Shown here piece by piece: positions 51,385 through 61,810 of a stretch of DNA of 64,000 nucleotides (position 1 is the first letter of the stretch; each line of letters begins with the position of its first letter). The position numbers and the translations under genes are program-made. This DNA comes from Hydrurus foetidus (lineage: Eukaryota). Under the pieces are notes generated by a model, which searched no databases, was not told where the DNA came from, and saw only the letters and a list, made by a program, of their open reading frames with translations. The stretch lies in contig UYFQ01000023.1 in assembly GCA_900617105.1 (NCBI GenBank), positions 248,001 to 312,000 of the forward strand, written 5' to 3'.

Positions 51385-51837
51385 ATGCGTAAATTGACCG
51401 TCAAACCCACAACTGCTGTTGACGCCAGCTTTCTGGAAACCCTGCTGGGCTACAACACCCGGCGGGCTTCATTGGCTATTATTTCTGTGTTTTTAGAACG
51501 CATGGCGCAGTATGAGTTGCGCCCTGTGGAGTTTTCGGTGCTGTCGCTGATCTTGCACAACCCAGGTATCACGTCGCGGGAGCTGTGCACCAACTTGAAC
51601 ATGCTGCCACCTAACTTGGTGGGCATGATCACGGGGTTAGAAAAACGCGCACTGGTCGACCGCATGCCGCACCCCAGCGATGGCCGCGCACTGGGCCTGC
51701 ACTTGACACCCGCTGGCATTGAGCTGGCACAAAAAGCGGAAATCACCGCAACTCAGCTGGAACAAGATGCCTCTGAGCGCTTGACCGCCGCTGAGCGCAA
51801 AACCTTGATGCGCTTGCTGCAAAAAATCTACCACTGA
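51385..51837 (+). CDS. MarR family regulator (CouR/FerC-like context)
   Basis: LLGYNTRRA, NPGITS, DGRA..LHLTPAG. Confidence 0.9.
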   Translation: MRKLTVKPTTAVDASFLETLLGYNTRRASLAIISVFLERMAQYELRPVEFSVLSLILHNPGITSRELCTNLNMLPPNLVGMITGLEKRALVDRMPHPSDGRALGLHLTPAGIELAQKAEITATQLEQDASERLTAAERKTLMRLLQKIYH

Positions 51838-52019
51838 TCTGTGATAAATAGCGGTAAGGTGCAGTTCACACATGCACTAGCAGCTATGAATGTTGTAGCA
51901 ATTCAAAATTTAAGCTATAGTCTTGCTACCCCCTTGGGGTACAGTGCAAACTGCCAAAACCGTTCCTAAAACCCAGGCATGCCAAGTCGCCTGAGCCCCT
52001 AAAAAGAGGAGATAGTCCT

Positions 52020-52334
52020 ATGAGTTCTAAAGAGAATGTTGCCGTTAACCAGTTGCTCAGCCTGCTGGAATCCCGCTATGCCATGCGCGTGCTGTGGGCC
52101 TTGCGCGATGGTCATCCACAGACCTTTCGCTTGCTGCAAGACAGCGTGGGCGGCATCACCCCCAACACCCTGAATACACGCCTGAAAGAGCTGCGCGAAG
52201 CCGATCTCATCACGCATGGCAACGATGGCTATATCGCCACACCATCGGGCGCAGACTTGCTCAAACGCCTGTCAGACCTGCAAGCCTTTGCCGGCAAGTG
52301 GGTGGTCAGCCAAGCCAAGAAAACGGCTGCTTAA
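52020..52334 (+). CDS. HxlR family winged-helix regulator
   Basis: MRVLWAL, FRLLQ..GGITPNTLNTRLKEL; GAGGAG RBS. Confidence 0.88.
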   Translation: MSSKENVAVNQLLSLLESRYAMRVLWALRDGHPQTFRLLQDSVGGITPNTLNTRLKELREADLITHGNDGYIATPSGADLLKRLSDLQAFAGKWVVSQAKKTAA

Positions 52335-52417
52335 ATTGCCCACGCCAGCGTGTAGACGCTGAATCCGCATTAGCATTCAAGGGTAGCCGCTGATCCTGGG
52401 CGGTAAATGAGGTTTTT

Positions 52418-53620
52418 ATGCTGAAGCATCTCGATATTTCTACAGTCATGCCCAACGATATTCGGCGCGCCGTGCTGGTGGGCCGAGTCTGGATTGAGGG
52501 TACGGGAGCCGTTTTGGTTCATGTACGCGACAACGGCATTTACGATTTATCCAGCATAGCGGCCACCTGCAGCGCCTTGCTGCAACTGCCTGACCCGGCC
52601 AGCTCCGTGCGCAAAAGCATAGCAGGCCAAGTACCTTTGGCACGTACCGCAACGGTATTGGCCAATTCAGCGCACGACGCACGCAACAAAGACCTCCCCT
52701 GGTTCATCGCCCCTTGTGATCTGCAAGCTGTCAAGGCCGCAGGCGTGACGTTTGTCGCCAGTATGCTGGAGCGCGTCATCGAAGAGCAAGCGCGCGGAGA
52801 TGCCAGCAAAGCTGACGGCCTGCGGCGCGACATCGTGGCGCTGATGGGCGATGACCTGAGCCGCGTACAACCAGGCTCACCCACAGCCGAAAAGCTGAAA
52901 GAAGCCCTGATCGCCCAAGGCGCTTGGTCGCAGTATTTGGAAGTGGGTATTGGCCCCGACGCTGAAATTTTCACCAAAGCCCAGCCAATGAGCGCGGTAG
53001 GCCTGGGTGCGGAGGTGGGTATTCACCCGCGCAGCGTGTGGAACAACCCAGAGCCTGAAATCGTCCTCGCTGTCAACAGCTTTGGTCAAGTCAAAGGCGT
53101 AGCGCTGGGCAACGATGTGAACCTGCGTGATTTTGAAGGCCGCAGCGCCCTGCTGCTGGGCAAAGCCAAAGATAACAACGCCAGCTGCGCGATTGGCCCC
53201 TTCATTCGCCTGTTTGACGAAGACTTCCGGCTGGAAGACGTGCGTGAAATTGATATATCGATGGAAATCACAGGCACCGGTACACAAGACAGCGAAGATG
53301 CCCCGTTTTCGCTGCAGGCCACCAGCTCAATGCGCCAGATCAGCCGCGACCCGATTGAGTTGGTTCGCCAGACCATTGGCGACAACCACCAGTACCCTGA
53401 TGGCTTCATGCTGTTTTTAGGCACGATGTTCGCGCCTACACAAGACCGCTTTGCCACTGGGCAGGGCTTCACCCACCGCGCAGGCGATGTGGTGCGTATT
53501 TCGGCCCCGCAAATTGGCAGTTTGGTGAACCAAGTCAACCGATCTGACAAAATTGCCCCGTGGAAATACGGTACCCGTGCCCTGATGCGCGACTTGGCGC
53601 GACGCGGTGCGCTGGCATAA
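52418..53620 (+). CDS. fumarylacetoacetate hydrolase family protein (XylX-like dehydratase)
   Basis: KAAGVTF, EIFTK, WNNPEPE, GNDVNLRDFEGRSALLLGKAKD, LGTMFAP. Confidence 0.88.
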   Translation: MLKHLDISTVMPNDIRRAVLVGRVWIEGTGAVLVHVRDNGIYDLSSIAATCSALLQLPDPASSVRKSIAGQVPLARTATVLANSAHDARNKDLPWFIAPCDLQAVKAAGVTFVASMLERVIEEQARGDASKADGLRRDIVALMGDDLSRVQPGSPTAEKLKEALIAQGAWSQYLEVGIGPDAEIFTKAQPMSAVGLGAEVGIHPRSVWNNPEPEIVLAVNSFGQVKGVALGNDVNLRDFEGRSALLLGKAKDNNASCAIGPFIRLFDEDFRLEDVREIDISMEITGTGTQDSEDAPFSLQATSSMRQISRDPIELVRQTIGDNHQYPDGFMLFLGTMFAPTQDRFATGQGFTHRAGDVVRISAPQIGSLVNQVNRSDKIAPWKYGTRALMRDLARRGALA

Positions 53621-53655
53621 TCGGCGGTTTTTCTAGGACACTTAGGATATATCCC

Positions 53656-54009
53656 ATGATTACCACCGCGACCGGTCTGCAATACCTCGATACCACTGAA
53701 GGCGAAGGCACTGAAGCCAAAAAAGGCCAAGGCGTGAGCGTGCATTACACCGGCTGGCTTTACAACGACGACACTCAAGGTGCCAAGTTCGATTCCAGCC
53801 ATGACCGCAACCAGCCCTTCCAATTCACCTTGGGCGCAGGCATGGTCATTCGTGGTTGGGACGAAGGCGTGGCGGGCATGAAGATTGGCGGCAAACGCAC
53901 GCTGATTATCCCGTCGGAGCTGGGCTACGGCGCACGCGGTGCGGGCGGTGTAATTCCTGGCGGCGCTACGCTGAAGTTTGATGTGGAATTGCTGGCTGTT
54001 AAGGCTTAA
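53656..54009 (+). CDS. FKBP-type peptidyl-prolyl isomerase
   Basis: VHYTGWL, KFDSS, VIRGWDEGV, LGYGARGAGGVIP. Confidence 0.95.
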   Translation: MITTATGLQYLDTTEGEGTEAKKGQGVSVHYTGWLYNDDTQGAKFDSSHDRNQPFQFTLGAGMVIRGWDEGVAGMKIGGKRTLIIPSELGYGARGAGGVIPGGATLKFDVELLAVKA

Positions 54010-54065
54010 TTCACGCTAAATTTGCATTTTTCACGTTCAGCCAGCCTCATCTGGTCACTTTGATT

Positions 54066-54090
54066 GCCGCCTTTGCGGCTTTCTTGTTTT
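54066..54090 (+). terminator. putative intrinsic terminator after FKBP gene
   Basis: GCCGC-CTTT-GCGGC followed by a T-rich run. Confidence 0.45.
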
Positions 54091-54109
54091 TAGGGCTGAC
54101 TTCAAAGCG

Positions 54110-54137
54110 CTTGAAATCCCCTGCACAGGCCCCACTT
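54110..54137 (+). promoter_or_regulatory. sigma32-type heat-shock promoter of grpE
   Basis: CTTGAA-N14-CCCCACTT. Confidence 0.75.
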
Positions 54138-54174
54138 AAGGGCTTACCGATTAATTCACTCTTTTAGCCAAAGC

Positions 54175-54759
54175 ATGTCCCAAAATCAAAAATTTGAGGA
54201 AAATCAAAGCGCTTCCAGTATTCCACCGCTGGACATGAGCCCCGAAGAGGCTGAAGCCGCACAAGCCGCCGTGGACGCAGGCACCGTAGATCCGCTCGCA
54301 GAAGCCCTGGCACGTGTGGTGGAGTTAGAGGCCAAAACAGCCTCGCTCACAGAGCAATACCTGCGTGGTCAAGCCGATGCGCAAAACATCCGTCGCCGCT
54401 CAGAAGAAGATTCGTCCAAGGCCCGCAAGTTCGCCATTGAGAGCTTTGCTGAAAGCCTGTTGCCCGTCACAGACAGCCTGGAAACCGGTTTAGCGATCAA
54501 AGATGCCACCGCAGAGCAAATCCGCGAAGGCGCTGAAGCCACCCTGCGTCAGCTGAAAAGTGCGCTGGAACGCAACAAGGTGCTGGAAATCAATCCACCT
54601 TCAGGCACCAAGTTTGACCCACACCAGCACCAAGCCATCAGCGTGGTGCCAGCCCCTGAGCAAGACGCGAACACCGTCGTCACCGTGCTGCAAAAGGGCT
54701 ACACCATCGCCGAGCGCGTGCTGCGTCCAGCCTTGGTGACAGTTTCCGCGCCTAAATAA
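54175..54759 (+). CDS. grpE: nucleotide exchange factor GrpE
   Basis: [41 protein letters not shown]. Confidence 0.96.
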   Translation: MSQNQKFEENQSASSIPPLDMSPEEAEAAQAAVDAGTVDPLAEALARVVELEAKTASLTEQYLRGQADAQNIRRRSEEDSSKARKFAIESFAESLLPVTDSLETGLAIKDATAEQIREGAEATLRQLKSALERNKVLEINPPSGTKFDPHQHQAISVVPAPEQDANTVVTVLQKGYTIAERVLRPALVTVSAPK

Positions 54760-54860
54760 ATTTCATCCTTTTTGCGGATAACTCAGCGGTTTGACTTGAA
54801 TCGCCAAAAGTTATCCACAAGTTAATCAACATCTAATTTTCATATTTCCGGAGTTAAAAA

Positions 54861-56807
54861 ATGGGAAGAATAATCGGTATCGACTTGGGCACCACCAATT
54901 CTTGTGTGGCGATCATGGAAGGCAACACCACCAAGGTGATTGAGAACGCCGAAGGCGCGCGCACCACGCCATCCATCGTGGCGTACCAAGAAGACGGCGA
55001 AGTGTTGGTTGGCGCGTCCGCCAAGCGTCAAGCGGTCACCAACCCACGCAACACGCTGTACGCGATCAAGCGCCTGATTGGTCGCAAGTTCACGGAAAAA
55101 GAAGTTCAAAAAGACATCGACCTGATGCCTTACAAAATCGCCGCTGCGGACAACGGTGACGCATGGGTTGAAGTGCGTGGCAAGCAAATTTCTGCCCAGC
55201 AGGTCAGCGCTGACATCTTGCGCAAGATGAAGAAAACTGCTGAAGACTACCTGGGTGAAGAAGTCACCGAGGCCGTCATCACCGTACCAGCGTACTTCAA
55301 CGACGCACAGCGCCAAGCCACCAAAGACGCTGGCCGTATCGCGGGTCTGGATGTCAAGCGCATCATCAACGAGCCTACCGCCGCTGCCCTCGCCTTTGGC
55401 CTGGACAAGCACGAAAAGGGCGACCGCAAAATCGTGGTGTACGACTTGGGTGGCGGCACGTTTGACGTGTCTATCATCGAAATCGCGGACGTGGACGGCG
55501 AAAAGCAGTTTGAAGTGCTCTCCACCAACGGTGACACCTTTTTGGGTGGCGAAGACTTTGACCAGCGCATCATTGAATACATCATCACCGAGTTCAAAAA
55601 AGACCAAGGCGTTGACCTGTCCAAAGACGTGTTGGCGCTGCAACGCCTGAAAGAAGCCGCTGAAAAGGCCAAGATCGAGCTGTCTAACAGCGCTCAGACT
55701 GACCTGAACCTGCCTTACATCACCGCTGATGCCTCTGGCCCCAAACATCTGAACATCAAGCTCAGCCGTGCCAAGCTCGAAGCCCTGGTGGAAGACCTGA
55801 TCGAGCGCACCATTGCGCCATGCCGCACCGCCATCAAAGACGCTGGCATCAACGTCGCTGACATCCACGACATCATCTTGGTCGGCGGCATGACCCGCAT
55901 GCCCAAAGTGCAAGAGAAGGTCAAAGAGTTCTTCGGCAAAGAGCCACGCAAAGACGTGAACCCTGACGAAGCCGTGGCCGTGGGCGCTGCGATCCAAGGT
56001 CAAGTGCTGTCGGGTGACCGCAAAGACGTGTTGCTGTTGGACGTGACACCGCTGTCGCTGGGTATCGAAACCCTGGGCGGCGTGATGACCAAGATGATCA
56101 CCAAGAACACCACCATCCCGACCAAGTTTGCCCAAACTTTCTCAACGGCTGAAGATAACCAGCCTGCGGTGACGATCAAAGTGTTCCAAGGTGAGCGCGA
56201 AATCGCTAACGTCAACAAGCTGCTGGGTGAGTTCAACCTGGAAGGCATACCTCCATCGTCACGTGGCACACCTCAAATTGAAGTGAGCTTTGATATTGAC
56301 GCGAACGGTATCTTGCACGTCGGCGCCAAAGACAAAGGCACAGGCAAAGAAAACAAGATCACCATCAAGGCGAACTCTGGTTTGTCCGAAGCTGAAATCC
56401 AGCAAATGGTGAAAGATGCCGAGTTGAACGCTGCTGACGACAAGAAAAAACTTGAACTCGTACAGGCTCGCAACCAAGGCGAAGCGGCCGTTCACAGTGT
56501 GAAAAAGAGCATCACCGAGTACGGTGACAAGCTGGATGCGGATGAAAAATCCAAAATCGAAGCCGCCATCAAGGAACTGGAAGACGTGTTGAAGGGCGAA
56601 GACAAAGCCGCCATCGACGACAAGAGCACCGCACTGATGACCGTCAGCCAAAAGTTGGGTGAGAAGATGTACGCCGCATCGCAAGCCGAAGAAGCAGCCA
56701 AAGCAGCTGCGGCTGGTGCAGCACCGGGCGCAGAGTCGGCATCGGCTGAGAAGCCTCATGACGACAATGTGGTCGATGCAGAAGTGAAAGAAGTCAAGAA
56801 AGGCTAA
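54861..56807 (+). CDS. dnaK: molecular chaperone DnaK
   Basis: [36 protein letters not shown]. Confidence 0.99.
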   Translation: MGRIIGIDLGTTNSCVAIMEGNTTKVIENAEGARTTPSIVAYQEDGEVLVGASAKRQAVTNPRNTLYAIKRLIGRKFTEKEVQKDIDLMPYKIAAADNGDAWVEVRGKQISAQQVSADILRKMKKTAEDYLGEEVTEAVITVPAYFNDAQRQATKDAGRIAGLDVKRIINEPTAAALAFGLDKHEKGDRKIVVYDLGGGTFDVSIIEIADVDGEKQFEVLSTNGDTFLGGEDFDQRIIEYIITEFKKDQGVDLSKDVLALQRLKEAAEKAKIELSNSAQTDLNLPYITADASGPKHLNIKLSRAKLEALVEDLIERTIAPCRTAIKDAGINVADIHDIILVGGMTRMPKVQEKVKEFFGKEPRKDVNPDEAVAVGAAIQGQVLSGDRKDVLLLDVTPLSLGIETLGGVMTKMITKNTTIPTKFAQTFSTAEDNQPAVTIKVFQGEREIANVNKLLGEFNLEGIPPSSRGTPQIEVSFDIDANGILHVGAKDKGTGKENKITIKANSGLSEAEIQQMVKDAELNAADDKKKLELVQARNQGEAAVHSVKKSITEYGDKLDADEKSKIEAAIKELEDVLKGEDKAAIDDKSTALMTVSQKLGEKMYAASQAEEAAKAAAAGAAPGAESASAEKPHDDNVVDAEVKEVKKG

Positions 56808-56845
56808 CCTTTCAACTTGACCTGATGGCCCTTATGGCATCAACT

Positions 56846-56890
56846 CGCCGCGTGAAGCCCCCTCGGGCGGCTTCACGCGGCGTTTCACTT
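56846..56890 (+). terminator. strong hairpin after dnaK
   Basis: 14-bp perfect stem CGCCGCGTGAAGCC/GGCTTCACGCGGCG followed by TTTCACTT. Confidence 0.65.
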
Positions 56891-56912
56891 CTTTGTTTTC
56901 AATGTCCAGAGC

Positions 56913-57500
56913 ATGAATAAAACCCGTTTAGAAGCCTTCAGTGATGGCGTGATCGCCATCATCATCACTATCATGGTGTTGGAACTTAAGGTTCCGCACG
57001 GGGAAACCTGGACGGATCTCGGGAAACTGTGGCCCATTTTTCTCAGCTACTTGCTGAGTTTTGTGTATGTGGGCATTTTTTGGGTTAACCACCACCACAT
57101 GATTCATATGGTCAAGCGCGTGAACTCACGGGTGCTTTGGGCTAATTTGCATCTGTTGTTTTGGCTTTCACTGATTCCCTTTGTCACCGCTTGGATGGGT
57201 GAAAACCAATTTGCTCGCAACCCCACCGTACTGTATGGGGTTAACGCCTTGGCTGCAGGCGGGGCTTACCAGCTGCTGGTGCTTGCCTTGCGTCAAGCCA
57301 ATGGTGTCGACAACTTGCTGGGTGCCGGTATTCAAAACAGCCACAAAGGCAATCTCTCTTTAGTACTGTACACCTTGGCGATTGCTGCCGCTTTTTGGAA
57401 CACTGCCATCTCGTTTGTTATCTTTGCCGCTGTGTCGGTAATGTGGTTCATTCCTGACAAACGCATTGAACAGGCACTGGGTTCGCCCACCAACAAATAA
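56913..57500 (+). CDS. TMEM175 family potassium channel
   Basis: [21 protein letters not shown] (RxxxFSD signature), WVNHH, about 6 TM. Confidence 0.9.
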   Translation: MNKTRLEAFSDGVIAIIITIMVLELKVPHGETWTDLGKLWPIFLSYLLSFVYVGIFWVNHHHMIHMVKRVNSRVLWANLHLLFWLSLIPFVTAWMGENQFARNPTVLYGVNALAAGGAYQLLVLALRQANGVDNLLGAGIQNSHKGNLSLVLYTLAIAAAFWNTAISFVIFAAVSVMWFIPDKRIEQALGSPTNK

Positions 57501-57517
57501 AAAAATACCGCAAAACT

Positions 57518-58669
57518 ATGGCTACCAAACGCGACTATTACGAAACGCTGGGCGTCCCTAAAAACGCCAACGAAGACGAGATCAAAAAAGCCTATCGCAA
57601 ACTTGCGATGAAGCACCACCCTGACCGCAATCAGGGTGATACAGCCAAAGACTCGGAAGCCAAATTCAAAGAAGGCAAAGAAGCCTACGAGATGCTGTCT
57701 GATGCCAACAAGCGTGCGGCCTACGATCAGCATGGCTTTGCCGGTGTTGACCCCAATATGCGCGGCCCTGGCGGCGGTGCTGAAGGATTTGGCGGCGGTT
57801 TTGCCGAGGCCTTTGGCGATATCTTTGGCGACGTTTTTGGCCAAGGCCGTGGCGGAGCTGCTGGTCAACGCGGTGGCCGACAGGTCTACCGAGGAAGCGA
57901 CCTGAGCTACGCGATGGAAATTTCCCTGGAAGACGCAGCACGCGGCAAAGAAACCCAAATCCGCATACCCACCTGGGAAGGTTGCGAGACCTGCAGCGGC
58001 ACTGGCGCCAAAGTAGGCACTAAGGTAGTTACCTGCACCACCTGCCATGGCCAAGGCTCGGTGCAGATGCGTCAAGGCTTCTTCAGCGTTCAGCAAGCGT
58101 GCCCACAATGCCGAGGCACGGGCAAACTCATCCCTGAGCCTTGCCCGGTGTGCAGTGGTCAAGGCAAGCTCAAAAAGCAAAAAACCCTGGAAGTCAAAAT
58201 GCCAGCGGGTATTGACGACGGTATGCGCATCCGCAGCGTCGGCAATGGTGAACCGGGCACCAATGGCGGGCCAGCGGGCGATTTGTACATTGAAGTGCGC
58301 GTTAAAAAGCACGACATCTTCGAGCGTGACGGCGACGACCTTCACTGCAATGTGCCCATCAGCATGATTACCGCTACTTTGGGTGGTGAGATCGACGTAC
58401 CTACGTTAGAAGGCAAAGTGGCCATCGACATCCCTGAAGGCACCCAAGCCGGTAAACAATTCCGTTTGCGTGGCAAAGGTGTCAAAGGCGTGCGTTCCAG
58501 CTATCCTGGCGACCTGTACTGCCACATCGCGGTGGAAACACCGGTGAAATTGACAGAACACCAACGCAAGCTGCTGAAGGAACTGGACGAGTCACTGAAA
58601 AAAGGCGGAAACCGGCATTCCCCCACCGCAGACAGTTGGACGGATCGTTTGAAAAATCTGTTCAGCTAA
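57518..58669 (+). CDS. dnaJ: molecular chaperone DnaJ
   Basis: J domain with HPD, G/F region, four CxxCxGxG repeats. Confidence 0.98.
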   Translation: MATKRDYYETLGVPKNANEDEIKKAYRKLAMKHHPDRNQGDTAKDSEAKFKEGKEAYEMLSDANKRAAYDQHGFAGVDPNMRGPGGGAEGFGGGFAEAFGDIFGDVFGQGRGGAAGQRGGRQVYRGSDLSYAMEISLEDAARGKETQIRIPTWEGCETCSGTGAKVGTKVVTCTTCHGQGSVQMRQGFFSVQQACPQCRGTGKLIPEPCPVCSGQGKLKKQKTLEVKMPAGIDDGMRIRSVGNGEPGTNGGPAGDLYIEVRVKKHDIFERDGDDLHCNVPISMITATLGGEIDVPTLEGKVAIDIPEGTQAGKQFRLRGKGVKGVRSSYPGDLYCHIAVETPVKLTEHQRKLLKELDESLKKGGNRHSPTADSWTDRLKNLFS

Positions 58670-59763
58670 AACAACCTCCCCTGCCCGGCCTTCTCTGAAG
58701 GTTCGGGCTTGCAAAAAAGCGTCAGATCTGGTGCATGCCGTACCCGGTTGAACCCCAGCCGGGTGGTCGCTTTCAAAAACCGCTGGCGTATCAGCTCAGC
58801 CCACAGGCCACGGCCCTTCATGCGCGTCGCAAAATCAGCTTCGTAGTCTTTGCCGCTGCGCATATCGTGGATACGCGCCATGATGCGGGCGGCCCGCAGG
58901 GGGTAGTGCAATTCCAGCCATTCTCTGAACACGTCTTTCAGCTCCCAGGGCAAGCGCAGCACCGTGTAGAAGGCGGTACGGGCACCAGCATCCCAAGCGG
59001 CTTCCAGAACCTGTTCCATGTCTTCATTCAAAAATGGGATTTGTGGCGCAAGACTCACGCCGACAGGAATGCCCTGCTCTGCCAACGTGCGGATAGTACG
59101 CAGGCGGCGCGCGGGGGATGCGGCGCGGGGTTCAAGTTTGCGGGTCAGCTCGCCATCCAAGGTGGTAAGGGTGACGTACACCGCAGCCAGATTACGGGCA
59201 GCCATTGGTGCGATCAAATCCATGTCACGCTCTACTGCACTTGATTTGGTCACCAAGCCAAAAGGATGGTGGGTTTCGTGGAACAGCTCGATCACCGCAC
59301 GGGTCAATCGCAAATCACGCTCAACAGGTTGGTAGCAATCAGTGGCGGTGCCGATGGCAATCAAGCTGGGGGTGTAGCGCGGTTTGGCCAATTCGGCACG
59401 CAACACGCTGGCGATGTTGCGCTTGGCGATGATTTTGGTTTCAAAATCCAACCCCGGTGACAAACCCAAAAAGCTGTGCGTGGGCCGGGCATAGCAATAC
59501 ACACATCCGTGCTCACAACCTCGGTAAGGATTGAGGCTGTGGTCAAAGTAAATATCAGGCGAATCGTTATGGGTGATGGCACTTTTGGCATCTTCCCAAA
59601 TGACTTGGGTCGCCACGGCGGGTGATGACGTGCCAGCTAAAGCATCCCATGCACCCCAGCCATCGTCAAACGCACCGCGCTGATCACGCTCAAAGCGGTG
59701 TGCTGTGCGTGTGGCAGCGCCTCGGCCCTTGATGGCTGTGATGGGCAGGTAAGATTCATCCAT
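58666..59763 (-). CDS. PA0069/Rv2578c family radical SAM protein (SplB-like)
   Basis: [30 protein letters not shown]. Confidence 0.9.
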   Translation of the reverse strand: MDESYLPITAIKGRGAATRTAHRFERDQRGAFDDGWGAWDALAGTSSPAVATQVIWEDAKSAITHNDSPDIYFDHSLNPYRGCEHGCVYCYARPTHSFLGLSPGLDFETKIIAKRNIASVLRAELAKPRYTPSLIAIGTATDCYQPVERDLRLTRAVIELFHETHHPFGLVTKSSAVERDMDLIAPMAARNLAAVYVTLTTLDGELTRKLEPRAASPARRLRTIRTLAEQGIPVGVSLAPQIPFLNEDMEQVLEAAWDAGARTAFYTVLRLPWELKDVFREWLELHYPLRAARIMARIHDMRSGKDYEADFATRMKGRGLWAELIRQRFLKATTRLGFNRVRHAPDLTLFCKPEPSEKAGQGRLF

Positions 59764-59765
59764 AA

Positions 59766-59781
59766 CTGTAATTATATACAG
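59766..59781. promoter_or_regulatory. LexA (SOS) box
   Basis: CTGT-AATTATAT-ACAG, 2 bp upstream of the radical SAM start codon. Confidence 0.8.
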
Positions 59782-59967
59782 CTATAAAATCTCGAAATTA
59801 ACATTAACTCAGGGTAATCCCGATGTTAGTGAATGCACAGAGGAGTAGCATCAAGTTCGAACCCCCTCACCTCGCCACTTCACACCACACGTTGGTTTAA
59901 GCGTCACACCCTGGCGCAATGCGAGGCGGGGGTTCTTCCGTTTCAGAAAGCCCTACACTTGGCACCC

Positions 59968-61758
59968 ATGTCAAGTCCTCGCGAAGCGGCCAAAGCGCCC
60001 GTCAAATCTCTCTCCGGTTTACTCCCTTTCCTCAAGCCTTACCGAGCCCGTATAGGGATGGCGTTTGTGTTTTTGGTGATGGCGGCTGTGACCACCCTGC
60101 TCTTCCCCATTGCTCTGCGCAGCCTGATTGATGGTGGCTTGGTGTCAAGCGACAAATCTGTCCAGGTGATGGCGCTGCAAGAGCATTTCTTGGCGTTGTT
60201 TGCCGTGGCTGTGGGCTTGGGGATGTTCTCAGCCGCACGCTTTTACATGGTCAGCTGGCTGGGTGAACGGGTCACGGCGGACATCCGCAATGCGGTGTAC
60301 GCCCATGTACTTAAACAAAGTCCTGAGTTTTTTGAAACCACCCAAACCGGCGAGGTCCTGAGCCGTCTGAGTGCGGACACCACACTGGTACAAACGGTGG
60401 TGGGGTCATCGCTCTCGATGGGTCTGCGCAACGCCGTGATGGGTGTCGGTGCATTGGCACTGCTGGTCTGGAACAATCCCTACGTGATGATCCAGGTGTT
60501 CGGCGTGCTGGTGCTGATCGTGCTGCCCAGCGTCTGGTTTGGCCGACGGGTACGCAAGCTATCTCGGGCCAGCCAGGACCGTTTGGCAGACTCGAGCGCG
60601 ATTGCGTCAGAGGTGCTGAATGCCATCAGCTTGGTGCAGAGTTACACGGCTGAAGAGCGTGAATCCAAGCGGTTTGCCAAATCTACGGACGACACTTTTC
60701 AGACAGCTGTGACACGCAGCAAAGCACGCTCTGTGCTGGTGGCGTTCATCATCATCGCCACGTCTGCCGCCTTGCTGTGGGGCCTGTACCAGGGCACGCA
60801 GGCGGTGGTGGCAGGCACCATGACACCGGGGCACCTGGGGCAAACCGTGGTGTACGTGATTATTTTGGCCAGTGCGTTTGCGGTGCTGGGCGAGGTCTAC
60901 GGCGACTTGCTGAGGGCTGCGGGTGCCACCGAGCGCTTGATGGAACTGCTAGGCACACAGTCGTCGATTCAATCGCCTACAAAACCCTTGATAGCACACG
61001 CTACACAAGCAGGGAGTGCCGTACATTTTGAAGCAATTGATTTCCACTACCCTTCACGTCCTGCGCAGGCTGCCCTGTCTGAATTTTCGCTGTCGGTTCG
61101 CTCTGGCGAGACCGTCGCCTTGGTGGGAGCCAGTGGCGCTGGCAAGAGCACTGTATTTCAGCTGTTGATGCGGTTTTACGATCCTACACGCGGCCAAATC
61201 ACATTGGACAATGTGCCCATTGCACAGTTGGAACTGAATGATTTACGCCACCGTATTGCGATCGTGCCGCAGGATGCCGTGATATTTTCGACCAGTGCGC
61301 TCGAAAATATCCGCTATGGCCGCCCTGACGCGACCGATGCTGAAGTCAAAGCGGCGGCTGCAGATGCCTTTGCGCATGAGTTCATCGGTCAACTGCCTGA
61401 AGGCTATGACACCTTCTTGGGCGAACGCGGCGTGCGTTTGAGTGGTGGTCAGCGCCAGCGGATTGTCATTGCCCGTGCCATGCTGAAAAACGCCCCACTG
61501 CTGCTGCTGGACGAGGCTACCAGCGCCTTGGATGCAGAGAGCGAGCGCATGGTGCAAGCCGCTCTGGAATCGGCCATGCAAAAGCACACAGGCCAACGCA
61601 CCACCCTCATCATTGCGCACCGATTGGCCACCGTACAAAAGGCAGACCGCATTGTGGTGCTAGACCAAGGACGCATCGTTGAGCAGGGCACGCATGATGC
61701 GCTGGTCGCTGCCAATGGTGTTTACGCACGGCTAGCTGCGCTGCAATTCACGCAGTAG
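59968..61758 (+). CDS. ABC transporter, fused TMD-NBD (MsbA-related)
   Basis: TMD, GASGAGKST, LSGGQRQR, LLLDEATSALD, IIAHRL. Confidence 0.93.
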   Translation: MSSPREAAKAPVKSLSGLLPFLKPYRARIGMAFVFLVMAAVTTLLFPIALRSLIDGGLVSSDKSVQVMALQEHFLALFAVAVGLGMFSAARFYMVSWLGERVTADIRNAVYAHVLKQSPEFFETTQTGEVLSRLSADTTLVQTVVGSSLSMGLRNAVMGVGALALLVWNNPYVMIQVFGVLVLIVLPSVWFGRRVRKLSRASQDRLADSSAIASEVLNAISLVQSYTAEERESKRFAKSTDDTFQTAVTRSKARSVLVAFIIIATSAALLWGLYQGTQAVVAGTMTPGHLGQTVVYVIILASAFAVLGEVYGDLLRAAGATERLMELLGTQSSIQSPTKPLIAHATQAGSAVHFEAIDFHYPSRPAQAALSEFSLSVRSGETVALVGASGAGKSTVFQLLMRFYDPTRGQITLDNVPIAQLELNDLRHRIAIVPQDAVIFSTSALENIRYGRPDATDAEVKAAAADAFAHEFIGQLPEGYDTFLGERGVRLSGGQRQRIVIARAMLKNAPLLLLDEATSALDAESERMVQAALESAMQKHTGQRTTLIIAHRLATVQKADRIVVLDQGRIVEQGTHDALVAANGVYARLAALQFTQ

Positions 61759-61810
61759 GTGTGCAGGTGTTGGTGCCACAGTAGCGCACCCTACGCCTGA
61801 CAGGGGCGGG

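Noticed and set aside
54840..56135. 431-aa ORF antisense to dnaK
   Set aside because: Long antisense frames are expected from biased codon usage in highly expressed GC-rich genes; no recognisable motifs.
59851..59877. tRNA-like 3' fragment GTTCGAACCCCCTCACCTCGCCA
   Set aside because: No T-stem pairing, acceptor stem or cloverleaf can be built; not called a tRNA or att site.
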